A DNA stretch of 45,195 nucleotides, taken from the NCBI GenBank assembly GCA_001805165.1, contig MHEI01000088.1, positions 1 through 45,195 of the forward strand. The letters run 5' to 3'. The number at the start of each line of letters is the position of its first letter. Within the stretch, counting starts at the first letter, position 1. This document shows positions 1 through 8,620 of this stretch, piece by piece. The translations under genes and the position numbers were made by a program. Source of the stretch: Nitrospirae bacterium RBG_16_43_11 (GTDB lineage Bacteria; Nitrospirota; 9FT-COMBO-42-15; HDB-SIOI813). Under the pieces are notes generated by a model that made no database searches, was not told the DNA's origin, and was given only the letters and a program-made list of their open reading frames with translations.

Positions 1-63
1 ATGGCAATATGGCAAAAACCCAACGGGGTTCTTCATAAACTATGCTGCATTATATAAGTCGTT

Positions 64-567
64 ATGTATAGTATAAAAAAAGATGCGCTTGTACACTGCG
101 GCGGTTTTAACCCCGATTCTTTCCCATGGGACATGTTGAAATACAGAGGTGATGGAGAGACAGGTCTATGCTGCAAACTGGAGAGGCATGGGTACAAGGC
201 ATTCTATAATCCCTGGATAGTGATCAGGCATAAGGTGCCTTCTTCAAGGCTGACTATTGAATACTTCTGTAAAAGGGCATACATGGAAGGGGTGAGCTGG
301 TCATTTGCCGGCATCCGGAAAATCGGCAGAACGTCCTCGTATATTACTACAGAGCTTTATTTTCTGTTCTATATCTTCGCATTAGTACCCTTTGGATTAT
401 ACAGGGTTGGATTGAAAAGACTGGGTTTGTTCCCGATTTATTATAAGGTTATGATCAATCTCTTTAAGGGATACCGTTTTCACAGGATAGAAGTGCTTAA
501 AGACCCGGCTCTTCTCAGGTATGTACTGCAGGACACTTATCTGTCTGAGGTAAGCCCGGAGAAATGA
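64..567 (+). CDS. Fragment resembling the C-terminal part of a family-2 glycosyltransferase; possibly a split or frameshifted gene at the window edge
   Basis: Track ORF. 'IKKDALVHCGGFNPDSF' resembles the GT2 segment downstream of the DxD core and is followed by hydrophobic helices. All three + frames carry stops at 36-38, 55-57 and 74-76, so no catalytic N-terminal half can be joined in frame. Frame 2 is open from nt 2 to 76 and may be the 3' end of an upstream gene. The stop overlaps the next start (ATGA at 564-567). Confidence 0.4.
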   Translation: MYSIKKDALVHCGGFNPDSFPWDMLKYRGDGETGLCCKLERHGYKAFYNPWIVIRHKVPSSRLTIEYFCKRAYMEGVSWSFAGIRKIGRTSSYITTELYFLFYIFALVPFGLYRVGLKRLGLFPIYYKVMINLFKGYRFHRIEVLKDPALLRYVLQDTYLSEVSPEK

Positions 568-1166
568 GGCGGAATGGATACATTATAAACTTGCTGATGT
601 TAATCACATCACCAAATCATGTAATACTATTTTTCTTTACAAACGATGTTCTGGCCAGAGAGAAGGTTGGAAAAGAAGGGAAAGTATCCACTGTCAGCCG
701 GAGGCAGGACATAAAAGAATATCTAAGGCGCAAGTCCAGATTTTTTGCATTTTTATATTATCAATATAAATCAAAATATGTTGCAAGAGTAGGTGTGCCC
801 AAAGCGTTACTCCCTCCAGACTATTTCAATCTGGATGAATCAAAGCCAGGATGGGCAGCTTTTAAAGATGCATTCTTGAAGATTCGGGATTATGCGAGGG
901 AAAATGGCTCAACCTTTCAGTTGGTCATTATTCCTACACTGACTTCCCTTAACGAAAATTATCCGTATATGGAGCTACATGAAAAAGTGAAGAGCTATGC
1001 TGCCTCACATGGGGTTCCAGTAGTTGATCTTTTCCCGGTATTCGCCAGCCATTCACCTGCAGAATTATGGATTGACCTGGAGAATACACACTGGAATGAT
1101 AAGGCAACATCATTGGCAGCAGAAGCAATTGTGTGGAACATGGAAAAGGAGAACATTCTAAATTAA
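564..1166 (+). CDS. SGNH/AlgJ-AlgX-like protein that appears to lack the catalytic Ser (GDS) block
   Basis: The C-terminal 'ENTHWNDKA' matches the D/E-x-H-W-N block found in the convergent neighbour ('RETHWNLKG'). No GDS motif is present; the N-terminus is a hydrophobic segment only. Start is coupled to the upstream ORF. Confidence 0.5.
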   Translation: MRRNGYIINLLMLITSPNHVILFFFTNDVLAREKVGKEGKVSTVSRRQDIKEYLRRKSRFFAFLYYQYKSKYVARVGVPKALLPPDYFNLDESKPGWAAFKDAFLKIRDYARENGSTFQLVIIPTLTSLNENYPYMELHEKVKSYAASHGVPVVDLFPVFASHSPAELWIDLENTHWNDKATSLAAEAIVWNMEKENILN

Positions 1167-2434
1167 GGAGGGATCTTTGTCGTCTTTAACAAGGCTTTTT
1201 CCAATTTTTCTGCTGCGAGTCTCATTCCTTTCAGGTTCCAGTGTGTTTCCCGATGCGTATAAAGTGTATCATCCGCAGGTGTTGAACGAAAAGGCCCGAG
1301 CAGGTCAAGATAGGGGATATCCAACCGGCTTAATATATGAGTAAGTCTCTTTTGCGGCAAATCGAAATCGAACTCCGCTTGAGAGCGTGATGATTTCTTC
1401 AATGTCCACTCTTTTAATCCATCATCTATCTGGATCTCAGCCGGTATAATAAGTACAAATAGAGATGCATTGTCTTTTAGGACATCGGCCTTCAGCTCTT
1501 TCAGTAATTGTTCAGTGTGATTCCATGCGCTTCTCATATAGGAGGATTGGGTTTTCTCGTAGTTGACCAGCATCCTTTTCTGGATGAAATGCCACATCGG
1601 TTCTGAAAAAGGAGGAGATGTAGAGATTCCGGGGGATAACTGATCCAATGCCTTTTCATCCATTATCACAGACCGCCTGTCGAAATTTTCTGTAATCTTT
1701 CGTGCCCGCTCAGGTGTCAGTAAATGCATATCAGGTTTTACATCGGACCCTTCTTCTGAAGGATAATCATCAGCCGCCTGATAATAGGCGATCAGAATGG
1801 CTAAATGCCGTACGACATAGGAATAACGCCGGAGTGTATTCCAGAATGCAGAGGCCTCGAAGTAGTTTGGTTCAGGGATTCCCAGAAAAAGGAAGTCCTT
1901 AGCCCATGGCTGATTGGCCGATGTATCATTGCCGACATAGTAGGCGAGTATTACGATGTCTGGATCAAGGTGCCGGCCATACTGGCGATAATATCCTATC
2001 TCGTGGCGTGTAGTCCACCCCCAGAGGGCAGAATTCAATACCTCTATGGAACGTTCAGGAAACCTCCGCAACAGGCGATCTTCAAATAGTTTTGCAAAAT
2101 GGAGATGGAATGAGTCAGATCCATAGAGAAAAGAATCTCCTAACATCAGGATGCGAAGGGTGTCAGGTGATTTATCCTCCCTGTAGGGATAGTCACGATG
2201 TCCAAAAAGGTTGGCATACCCGTGAAGTGGGTCCCAATCAAGTTTCGGGCCCGTCGGATATATCCTGGCACGGGGAGGTATCCGGTAATCCGTGGAACGG
2301 TCAGAAACCAGAGGGCTCGTAGCTGTAGTGGAGAGGTTTATTAAGCGCAGAACCACCTCTAACAGCAGGAATGTTATGAGAAAGATCAACATAAGAATCA
2401 GTACCTTGTTAAATAATCTCTTAATCCAGCCCAT
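1163..2434 (-). CDS. Membrane-anchored SGNH/GDSL-type esterase or polysaccharide O-acyltransferase (AlgX/AlgJ-like)
   Basis: Block I 'ILMLGDSFLYG', block III 'YYVGNDTS', block V-like 'ETHWN'. The N-terminal TM 'VLILMLIFLITFLLLEVVL' follows a basic n-region. I prefer ATG 2434 (MGWIKRL, purine-rich GGACAGAGGA upstream) over the track start at 2503, which would overlap the carbamoyltransferase by 83 nt. Confidence 0.7.
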   Translation of the reverse strand: MGWIKRLFNKVLILMLIFLITFLLLEVVLRLINLSTTATSPLVSDRSTDYRIPPRARIYPTGPKLDWDPLHGYANLFGHRDYPYREDKSPDTLRILMLGDSFLYGSDSFHLHFAKLFEDRLLRRFPERSIEVLNSALWGWTTRHEIGYYRQYGRHLDPDIVILAYYVGNDTSANQPWAKDFLFLGIPEPNYFEASAFWNTLRRYSYVVRHLAILIAYYQAADDYPSEEGSDVKPDMHLLTPERARKITENFDRRSVIMDEKALDQLSPGISTSPPFSEPMWHFIQKRMLVNYEKTQSSYMRSAWNHTEQLLKELKADVLKDNASLFVLIIPAEIQIDDGLKEWTLKKSSRSQAEFDFDLPQKRLTHILSRLDIPYLDLLGPFRSTPADDTLYTHRETHWNLKGMRLAAEKLEKALLKTTKIPP

Positions 2435-4298
2435 ATTCCTCTGTCCAATCCTTTTTTTCATACAACTGTGGCTGCCTAAATTTGTCGAAAAGGTAGTCAC
2501 CAATTACCAGATAATCCATCTCGGTCCTCATAAAACATCTGTAGGCATCATCCGGTGTACAGACGATTGGTTCTCCACGTACATTAAAACTTGTGTTAAC
2601 TATAATACCGTAACCACTTCTCTTTTTGAAAGCTTCTATGAGTTTATAATACCTCTGATTTGTCTCCTTGTGCACTGTTTGAACCCTTGCTGAGTAATCC
2701 AGGTGTGTAACTGCCGGGATATCGGATCTAATATGATAGAGCTTATCTTTCAAAGTCATCGAGTTAAATCCCTCCGGCAGGGTGTTCCGGCGATCTTCTC
2801 TTATATAATCAATTAACAGCATATAAGGAGAAGGGTGCCCGCTTTCAAAGTATTTATCCGCATCTTCACAGAGAACAGAGGGGGCAAAAGGCCTGAAACT
2901 CTCCCGGTATTTAATCTTCTGGTTCAGTTTTTTCTGCATCTCAGGATTTCTTGCGTCACCCAGTATACTCCTGTTTCCCAGTGCCCTTGGGCCCCACTCC
3001 ATCCTTCCTTGAAACCACCCTACTACATAGCCGTTATCTAATAGTTCCGCAACCCTGTCATACAGATTATTTTCAGAAAGGTTCTCATATACAGACTTAT
3101 ATCTTCTTGCCATTAACTCTATATCGAGAGATGAATATTCTGGCCCTAAATATGACCCCTGCATATTGTCCATTTTATTGTTCAGTTCGCGTGTTTTGTT
3201 GAAGTAGGCGTGATAGGCAGACAGTGCTGCGCCGAGCGCCCCTCCTGCATCGCCTGCTGCAGGTTGAATCCATAAATTATGTACTATCTTTTTCTTTAAT
3301 AGCTTGCCATTGGCAACACAATTAAGGGCAACACCACCTGCCATGCACAGATTTCCAGAACCTGTCAACCTTTTTGCTTCCGTTGCCATCTTGAACACAC
3401 TATCTTCTGTTACGTATTGAATTGCAAGAGCCATATCGCAGTACTCTTGCGTTATCTCAGTCTCTGGTCTTCTCCTCGGCAAACCCATGAGCTGTTCCCA
3501 TTTTCCCTCATTAACCATTTTAAGGCCAACAGAGTAGTCAAAATAGTCCTGATTAAGCCATACGGAACCGTCTCCCTTTATATCCACTAATTGTGAGTTA
3601 ATAAGGTCCAGGTATTTCTTAAATCTGGCGGATGCCGCATCTCCGTAAGGCGCAAGCCCCATCAACTTATATTCTCCGGAATTGACCTTAAAGCCTGCAT
3701 AATAGGTAAAAGCGGAGTAGAGTAGACCAAGGGAGTGGGGGAATCTAAGTTCTTTTAATATTCTTATCTCTTCATTATTTCCATAAGAGATAGATGCTGT
3801 GGCCCATTCACCCACACCATCAACCGTTAGAATGGATGCTTCTTTAAATGGAGAAGGGTAAAAGGTGCTTGCCGCATGAGACAGGTGATGTTCCGAAAAG
3901 AGAAGCTTAATCTTTTTTTTGTCTATTTCATCTATTTTGGATAACTCATCGTAAATCAGTTTCTTAAGGAATAGTTTATCCTTAAGCCAGACAGGGATGG
4001 AGGATAAAAATTGACGCAATCCCTTTGGGGCAAAGGCATAGTATGTTTCGAGCAGTCTTTCAAATTTGAGGAGTGGTTTATCATAGAAGACAATAGCGGA
4101 TAATTCATTAATAGATATTCCGCCATAATTAAGACAGAACCTTATTGCATTAGCCGGGAAAGAGGGGTCGTGTTTTTTTCTGGTAAATCGTTCTTCCTGT
4201 GCCGCTGCTATAATCTCGCCGTCACGGATTAAAGCTGCTGCGCTATCATGATAAAAAGCCGAGACCCCGAGTATGTATATGTTGCTCACCACCTTCAT
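2421..4298 (-). CDS. NodU/CmcH-family carbamoyltransferase
   Basis: N-terminal 'ILGVSAFYHDSAAALIRDGEIIAAAQEERFTRKKHD' and C-terminal 'VNTSFNVRGEPIVCTPDDAYRCF' are hallmark NodU/CmcH blocks. About 625 aa. The track start at 4313 is TTG; the ATG at 4298 (MKVVSNIYILG) is the more likely start. Confidence 0.9.
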   Translation of the reverse strand: MKVVSNIYILGVSAFYHDSAAALIRDGEIIAAAQEERFTRKKHDPSFPANAIRFCLNYGGISINELSAIVFYDKPLLKFERLLETYYAFAPKGLRQFLSSIPVWLKDKLFLKKLIYDELSKIDEIDKKKIKLLFSEHHLSHAASTFYPSPFKEASILTVDGVGEWATASISYGNNEEIRILKELRFPHSLGLLYSAFTYYAGFKVNSGEYKLMGLAPYGDAASARFKKYLDLINSQLVDIKGDGSVWLNQDYFDYSVGLKMVNEGKWEQLMGLPRRRPETEITQEYCDMALAIQYVTEDSVFKMATEAKRLTGSGNLCMAGGVALNCVANGKLLKKKIVHNLWIQPAAGDAGGALGAALSAYHAYFNKTRELNNKMDNMQGSYLGPEYSSLDIELMARRYKSVYENLSENNLYDRVAELLDNGYVVGWFQGRMEWGPRALGNRSILGDARNPEMQKKLNQKIKYRESFRPFAPSVLCEDADKYFESGHPSPYMLLIDYIREDRRNTLPEGFNSMTLKDKLYHIRSDIPAVTHLDYSARVQTVHKETNQRYYKLIEAFKKRSGYGIIVNTSFNVRGEPIVCTPDDAYRCFMRTEMDYLVIGDYLFDKFRQPQLYEKKDWTEEYGLD

Positions 4299-4306
4299 TC
4301 CGGAAC

Positions 4307-4681
4307 TTACCAAATCTTTTCGAAATCTTCTTTCTTAAATGCAATATCTCTGTCTACAAAGTAGCTCTTCTTGTTGTTGTCCTTATTTAACATCAATGGA
4401 TTCATGGAGAAAAGTCTGTAAATAACAGCAATAGGGGTAAGCAAAATATAAAATACGAAGGTGAGTATAATCCTATTGTTTATGTTTGCAATTATGTGAG
4501 AAAACCTTAACCAGAGATCCGACAGTTTCGAGGTGATTTTCTTTAATGCGAGGCCTGATATAAGTAAGGCAAAGGACATGACTATGAGAAAATCCCTTTT
4601 GAATATGAAATATAGAAGCAAAGAGATGGCAGCTAAAGCCGCTATGGTCTCCAGATCTTGTATCCTTTTGCCATCTTTCAC
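4307..4681 (-). CDS. Small polytopic membrane protein, SxtJ-like
   Basis: 124 aa with 3-4 hydrophobic helices, immediately upstream of and co-directional with the carbamoyltransferase. This is the position and size typical of the SxtJ family (recalled from memory, not searched). Confidence 0.6.
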   Translation of the reverse strand: MKDGKRIQDLETIAALAAISLLLYFIFKRDFLIVMSFALLISGLALKKITSKLSDLWLRFSHIIANINNRIILTFVFYILLTPIAVIYRLFSMNPLMLNKDNNKKSYFVDRDIAFKKEDFEKIW

Positions 4682-4691
4682 TTTTACCCCC

Positions 4692-4844
4692 TTAAAACAA
4701 TGTATATATAAATGGAGCTATGGCTGAACCACCGGTCATCACAATAAGAAATCCTATAAATAACAGTACGAGAATAATGGGCAGAAGCCAGAACTTCTTG
4801 CGTTCTTTAAGAAAGCCCCACAGGTCTTTTAAAAGATCAAACAT
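4692..4844 (-). CDS. 50-aa single-TM micro-protein, DUF5989 (SxtK-like); not in the supplied ORF track
   Basis: Hand translation of the minus strand: MFDLLKDLWGFLKERKKFWLLPIILVLLFIGFLIVMTGGSAIAPFIYTLF*. The ATG at 4844 lies 1 nt after the aminotransferase stop (4846-4848) and the TAA is at 4692-4694. The basic 'KERKKFW' + TM + 'APFIYTLF' C-terminus matches my recollection of the DUF5989 consensus. Confidence 0.7.
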   Translation of the reverse strand: MFDLLKDLWGFLKERKKFWLLPIILVLLFIGFLIVMTGGSAIAPFIYTLF

Positions 4845-4845
4845 T

Positions 4846-5955
4846 TTAAGCCTCCATTATTTCTTTAATTGCTGTACAAACCTTTTCTATCTGTGTCACT
4901 GTAAGTGTCAGACCAGACGGGAGGTATAGACCCTGCCGGGCTATTTCTTCAGAGACCGGGTATCTTTCTCCCTTGAACAACCCCATGTTTTGCAAGGCAG
5001 GCTGTTCGTGCATCCCTGTGAAGAAGGGGCGTGTACCAATACCCCTTGTTTTCAACTCGTTAGCCATTGATTTTGCATCAACACCTGTATCTTTATCCAG
5101 TACGATGCTGTACATCCAGTATACATTCTTTGCCCACGGTTTCTCTACAGGTAATTGAATTCCGCGTACATTGGACAAAAGTTCTGTATATAATGCGGCG
5201 TTACGACGTTTGATCACTATAAATTCATCAATCCGTTCCATCTGTGCCACTCCTACAGCGGCCTGAAGGTTTGTCATACGGTAATTACGGCCCAACTCAG
5301 GATGACTGAACTGCCTGTCAGGCCCGAAACAGAGATTACGGTAAGAGCGTGCACGTTCTGCCATAGGACTGCTATTGGTTAGCACCATCCCCCCCTCACC
5401 GGTTGTAATAATCTTATTGGCATAAAAACTGAAAGCCGAGATATGGCCTATACTACCGCATTTCCTGCCTTTGTATTCTGCGCCATGCGCCTCTGCAGCA
5501 TCTTCTATAACATACAGATTATATTTCTCAGCAAGAGCCATTACCGGGTCCATGTCTACCGGGTGACCATACATGTGTACAGGCATGATCGCCCTGGTTC
5601 GCGGTGTAATCCTGGCCGCTGCCTGGTTTGTATCCATACACCATGTGTCCGGTTCTACATCTGTCAAAACAGGAATGCCGCCATGGGTTACTACTGCAAT
5701 TGCGCAGGAGATTATCGTGAACGCAGGCATGATAACCTCGTCACCAGGCTTAAGATTTATAGCGGCAATTGTGACATCAAGAGCCGCAGTTCCATTGCAT
5801 ACAGCAATCCCATGTTCAACCCCTGCATATGATGCGAACATCTTCTCAAACTTTTGCACAAAAGGTCCTTCTGATGAGACCCATCCGGTATCTATACACT
5901 CACCGAGCAGTGCCTTTTCTCTGTTGCCGAATAGTGGCTCGTTTACTGGGATCAT
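4846..5955 (-). CDS. DegT/DnrJ/EryC1/StrS-family PLP sugar aminotransferase; probable GDP-perosamine-synthase-like enzyme
   Basis: 'GWVSSEGPFVQKFEKMFASYAGVEHGIAVCNGTAALD' and the PLP-Lys block 'SFYANKIITTGEGGMV'. It shares an operon with gmd. The family call is strong; the substrate is an inference. Confidence 0.88.
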   Translation of the reverse strand: MIPVNEPLFGNREKALLGECIDTGWVSSEGPFVQKFEKMFASYAGVEHGIAVCNGTAALDVTIAAINLKPGDEVIMPAFTIISCAIAVVTHGGIPVLTDVEPDTWCMDTNQAAARITPRTRAIMPVHMYGHPVDMDPVMALAEKYNLYVIEDAAEAHGAEYKGRKCGSIGHISAFSFYANKIITTGEGGMVLTNSSPMAERARSYRNLCFGPDRQFSHPELGRNYRMTNLQAAVGVAQMERIDEFIVIKRRNAALYTELLSNVRGIQLPVEKPWAKNVYWMYSIVLDKDTGVDAKSMANELKTRGIGTRPFFTGMHEQPALQNMGLFKGERYPVSEEIARQGLYLPSGLTLTVTQIEKVCTAIKEIMEA

Positions 5956-5971
5956 AGGTTATAACCTCTCG

Positions 5972-6382
5972 TCAGAAATATCTCTTGTCATTCTCTTCAG
6001 CATATGGCCCCTGTTTAACCTCTATAATGGATATATCCTCGATGACCTCAAAACCATGTCCGCCATTGGCGAGCAGAATTATATCTCCCCCTTTAAGGAT
6101 ACGGGAGGCGATAAATTTTTCATTATCGCCGTAAAGGTCAACCCGTAATTTACCTTCCCGTATAATTAGTACCTCCTGGGTATGAAGTACATTGCGGGGC
6201 ACAGGATTGTGGACATGGTTTCTGATGATTTTGCCTTTTTTGTGGTTGAGAAAACCCAATTGCTGAGAGAAGCTGGAGGGAGTGAAGAAATTAACTCCCC
6301 CGGAACGGTAATTGGCGTATATTATTATCGCGAGAAGCCTGTCCCGCTCACGTATTTCTTCAAGACCCTCATTATCCCCCAT
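5972..6382 (-). CDS. Small cupin-fold protein (possible sugar ketoisomerase or WbuC-like)
   Basis: 136 aa. 'GFLNHKKGKIIRNHVH' ... 'GGHGFEVIED' looks like two cupin His-containing motifs. Its start abuts the GT4 stop with a 0-nt gap. Confidence 0.45.
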   Translation of the reverse strand: MGDNEGLEEIRERDRLLAIIIYANYRSGGVNFFTPSSFSQQLGFLNHKKGKIIRNHVHNPVPRNVLHTQEVLIIREGKLRVDLYGDNEKFIASRILKGGDIILLANGGHGFEVIEDISIIEVKQGPYAEENDKRYF

Positions 6383-7582
6383 TTAATCGCCCCTCCCTTC
6401 CCCTGTTAATTCTGTAATTGTATCGGAAAATACTTTGCATGTGTTATCCCAATTATACAGAGTGCAAACCCTGCGCCGACCTTCTCTCCCCATCTTCTCT
6501 GCAAGTTCTTTATCCAGGAGAATCTTTGTGATGGCATCTGCCAGTCTGACTTTATCCCTCGGGTCTACTAATATCCCTGAGACGCCGTCTTCTACCTCCT
6601 CTGTGCATCCTGTGCTGCGTACAACAGGAGTCTCACACGCCACAGCCTCCAAAACGGTAAGGCTTGCAGTTGTCCCTACACTTTCCGGATGACCCGTAAA
6701 TGCTACAAGATCAGCGCGCGAATAGTACTCAGGTAATTTACTGTATGGGACTGTACCGACAAACTCTATGTTTCTGTCCACACCGAGTCTATTTGCCTTC
6801 TTCAGGAGTGTCGTCCTCTCTTTTTCATTTTCAACTGTATGAGTAATGATTATTCTAACATTCTTAACCCGGTCTGCAATCAGGGGCAGGGCCTCGATCA
6901 GATATACTGTTCCTTTCAGCAATGTGTAGTCTGTGCTATGCAGGACAATCCTGTCAGCCGTTCCTGCAGGTACGTTAACAGGCACGGGCCTGAAAAAGTC
7001 CGTATCCACCCCCATATATGTCTTTACCCCTTCTCTTCCATAGATCTTTTTGATCCACTCTTCTGTTGAGTGGTTCAAGGTAGTGATTAGATCGCTTTTC
7101 CTCGTACCGTTAATATCCATATGCGTATAAAATAACGCAAGCATGTTTATTAGTATACGTTTTGATAACGTGAACCCCTTGATCATCTTAGTGTCGTAAA
7201 AAAAAGCAAATGGTTCCCAGCAGTTCTGGATGAAAGGTTTGCCAAGTCTTGAAGCAATGACATTCATGGGGAATATGCCGGCTATTATGATATCAGTATC
7301 CAGTGTTGCAGTCTTTATCCGCTTCTCATCTATAAGGAGCATCCACGGAAAGAGCAGCCAGTAGTAAAGGCTTGTGCTTGTTGAAAACCCTATTTCTTTT
7401 ACGTCTACCCCGTATTGATTGAACTCCTTTTTTATCTCCGGAGATGCCTTTTCAACAATGACAGTGATATCCCAGTTCCTTTGTAATCTGCTGGTGACCT
7501 CGAGGATAAACCTTGTTCCTCCTGTCCAGAATAACAGGTGTGAATAAAGCCAGGCAACTCTTTTTTTTCTGTTCTGAGTCAT
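6383..7582 (-). CDS. GT-B fold glycosyltransferase, family 4-like
   Basis: C-terminal 'HPESVGTTASLTVLEAVACETPVV' (E-x7-E region). About 400 aa. The ATG at 7582 was verified. Confidence 0.85.
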   Translation of the reverse strand: MTQNRKKRVAWLYSHLLFWTGGTRFILEVTSRLQRNWDITVIVEKASPEIKKEFNQYGVDVKEIGFSTSTSLYYWLLFPWMLLIDEKRIKTATLDTDIIIAGIFPMNVIASRLGKPFIQNCWEPFAFFYDTKMIKGFTLSKRILINMLALFYTHMDINGTRKSDLITTLNHSTEEWIKKIYGREGVKTYMGVDTDFFRPVPVNVPAGTADRIVLHSTDYTLLKGTVYLIEALPLIADRVKNVRIIITHTVENEKERTTLLKKANRLGVDRNIEFVGTVPYSKLPEYYSRADLVAFTGHPESVGTTASLTVLEAVACETPVVRSTGCTEEVEDGVSGILVDPRDKVRLADAITKILLDKELAEKMGREGRRRVCTLYNWDNTCKVFSDTITELTGEGRGD

Positions 7583-7588
7583 AACAGT

Positions 7589-8614
7589 CTATTCTTTTAA
7601 GGATAGTTCCCTTACTCCGATACCAAAATGTCTGAACCACATGGTAAACTCTTTTCTGCCGGCCTTTGCTATTTTCTTTATCTTTTTTCGTTTAGTCCAC
7701 ATCTCGGGAATATGTCTTATGGCTGATACATATGCCCTCATAATTACCATCAGGAGTATTCTGCAGGAGTACTCATCAACGAACCTTCCTGCTGCCCCCT
7801 TGTTTGTTATAGCGCCATAAGCCTGGAAGATGAATCGGATAAGAGTATAAAATGGACTTGTCAATATCATTGAGATTGGAAAATATTTGATGAGTATCCA
7901 TACACGGTTCCTTTCTACCCAAAATGCTTTTTGGGGTGAATAGGCTGAAGTGGAGCCGGAATATCTGTGGTATACGATTGCCGTCGGAACATATATACAC
8001 TTCCATCCGGCAACTCTTCCCCTGAGGCCGATATCTGTATCATCACCATAAGCGAAAAAGGTTTCATCAAATAACCCAATCTTGTCTAACATCTCTTTTC
8101 TATATAATGCAGCGCACCCGCTTGGGAAAAATACTTCTTCAACAACATCATATTGGCCGACATCTTCATCTAATCTCCCGCGCCCTCTGTTTAAACCGTC
8201 CCGATAAAGAAGATGTCCGGCCACATCAATTATATTCCTCTGGTAAAATGAATAGATCTTTGAGGCACACATACCTACTGTGCGATCCTTTTCAGCCTCC
8301 TTAATTAGTTCTTCAATCCATCTATTATCCGCTTCAGTATCATTATTTAGTAATAAAATATATTTCCCCTTTGCAGCATGTATCCCTGCGTTGTTTCCTC
8401 CTGAGAAACCAAGGTTTTCTTTATTTTCTATTACCTTAACAAAAGGCAGATAATATTGTCTTAGAAATTCAACTGAACCGTCGTTAGAGCCGTTATCTAC
8501 TACTATAACCTCAAAGTTTGAATAAGATTGCAGCTTAAGTGAATCAAGACATGTTGTTAGAAAGTCTTTACCATTCCAGTTGACAATAATAACGGATGCT
8601 AAAGGATAGGACAT
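7589..8614 (-). CDS. Family-2 glycosyltransferase (rhamnosyltransferase-like architecture)
   Basis: 'ASVIIVNWNGKDFLTTCLDSL', 'VVDNGSNDGS', 'LLNNDTEAD', 'FAYGDDTDIGLR'. Confidence 0.85.
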   Translation of the reverse strand: MSYPLASVIIVNWNGKDFLTTCLDSLKLQSYSNFEVIVVDNGSNDGSVEFLRQYYLPFVKVIENKENLGFSGGNNAGIHAAKGKYILLLNNDTEADNRWIEELIKEAEKDRTVGMCASKIYSFYQRNIIDVAGHLLYRDGLNRGRGRLDEDVGQYDVVEEVFFPSGCAALYRKEMLDKIGLFDETFFAYGDDTDIGLRGRVAGWKCIYVPTAIVYHRYSGSTSAYSPQKAFWVERNRVWILIKYFPISMILTSPFYTLIRFIFQAYGAITNKGAAGRFVDEYSCRILLMVIMRAYVSAIRHIPEMWTKRKKIKKIAKAGRKEFTMWFRHFGIGVRELSLKE

Positions 8615-8620
8615 GACGGG

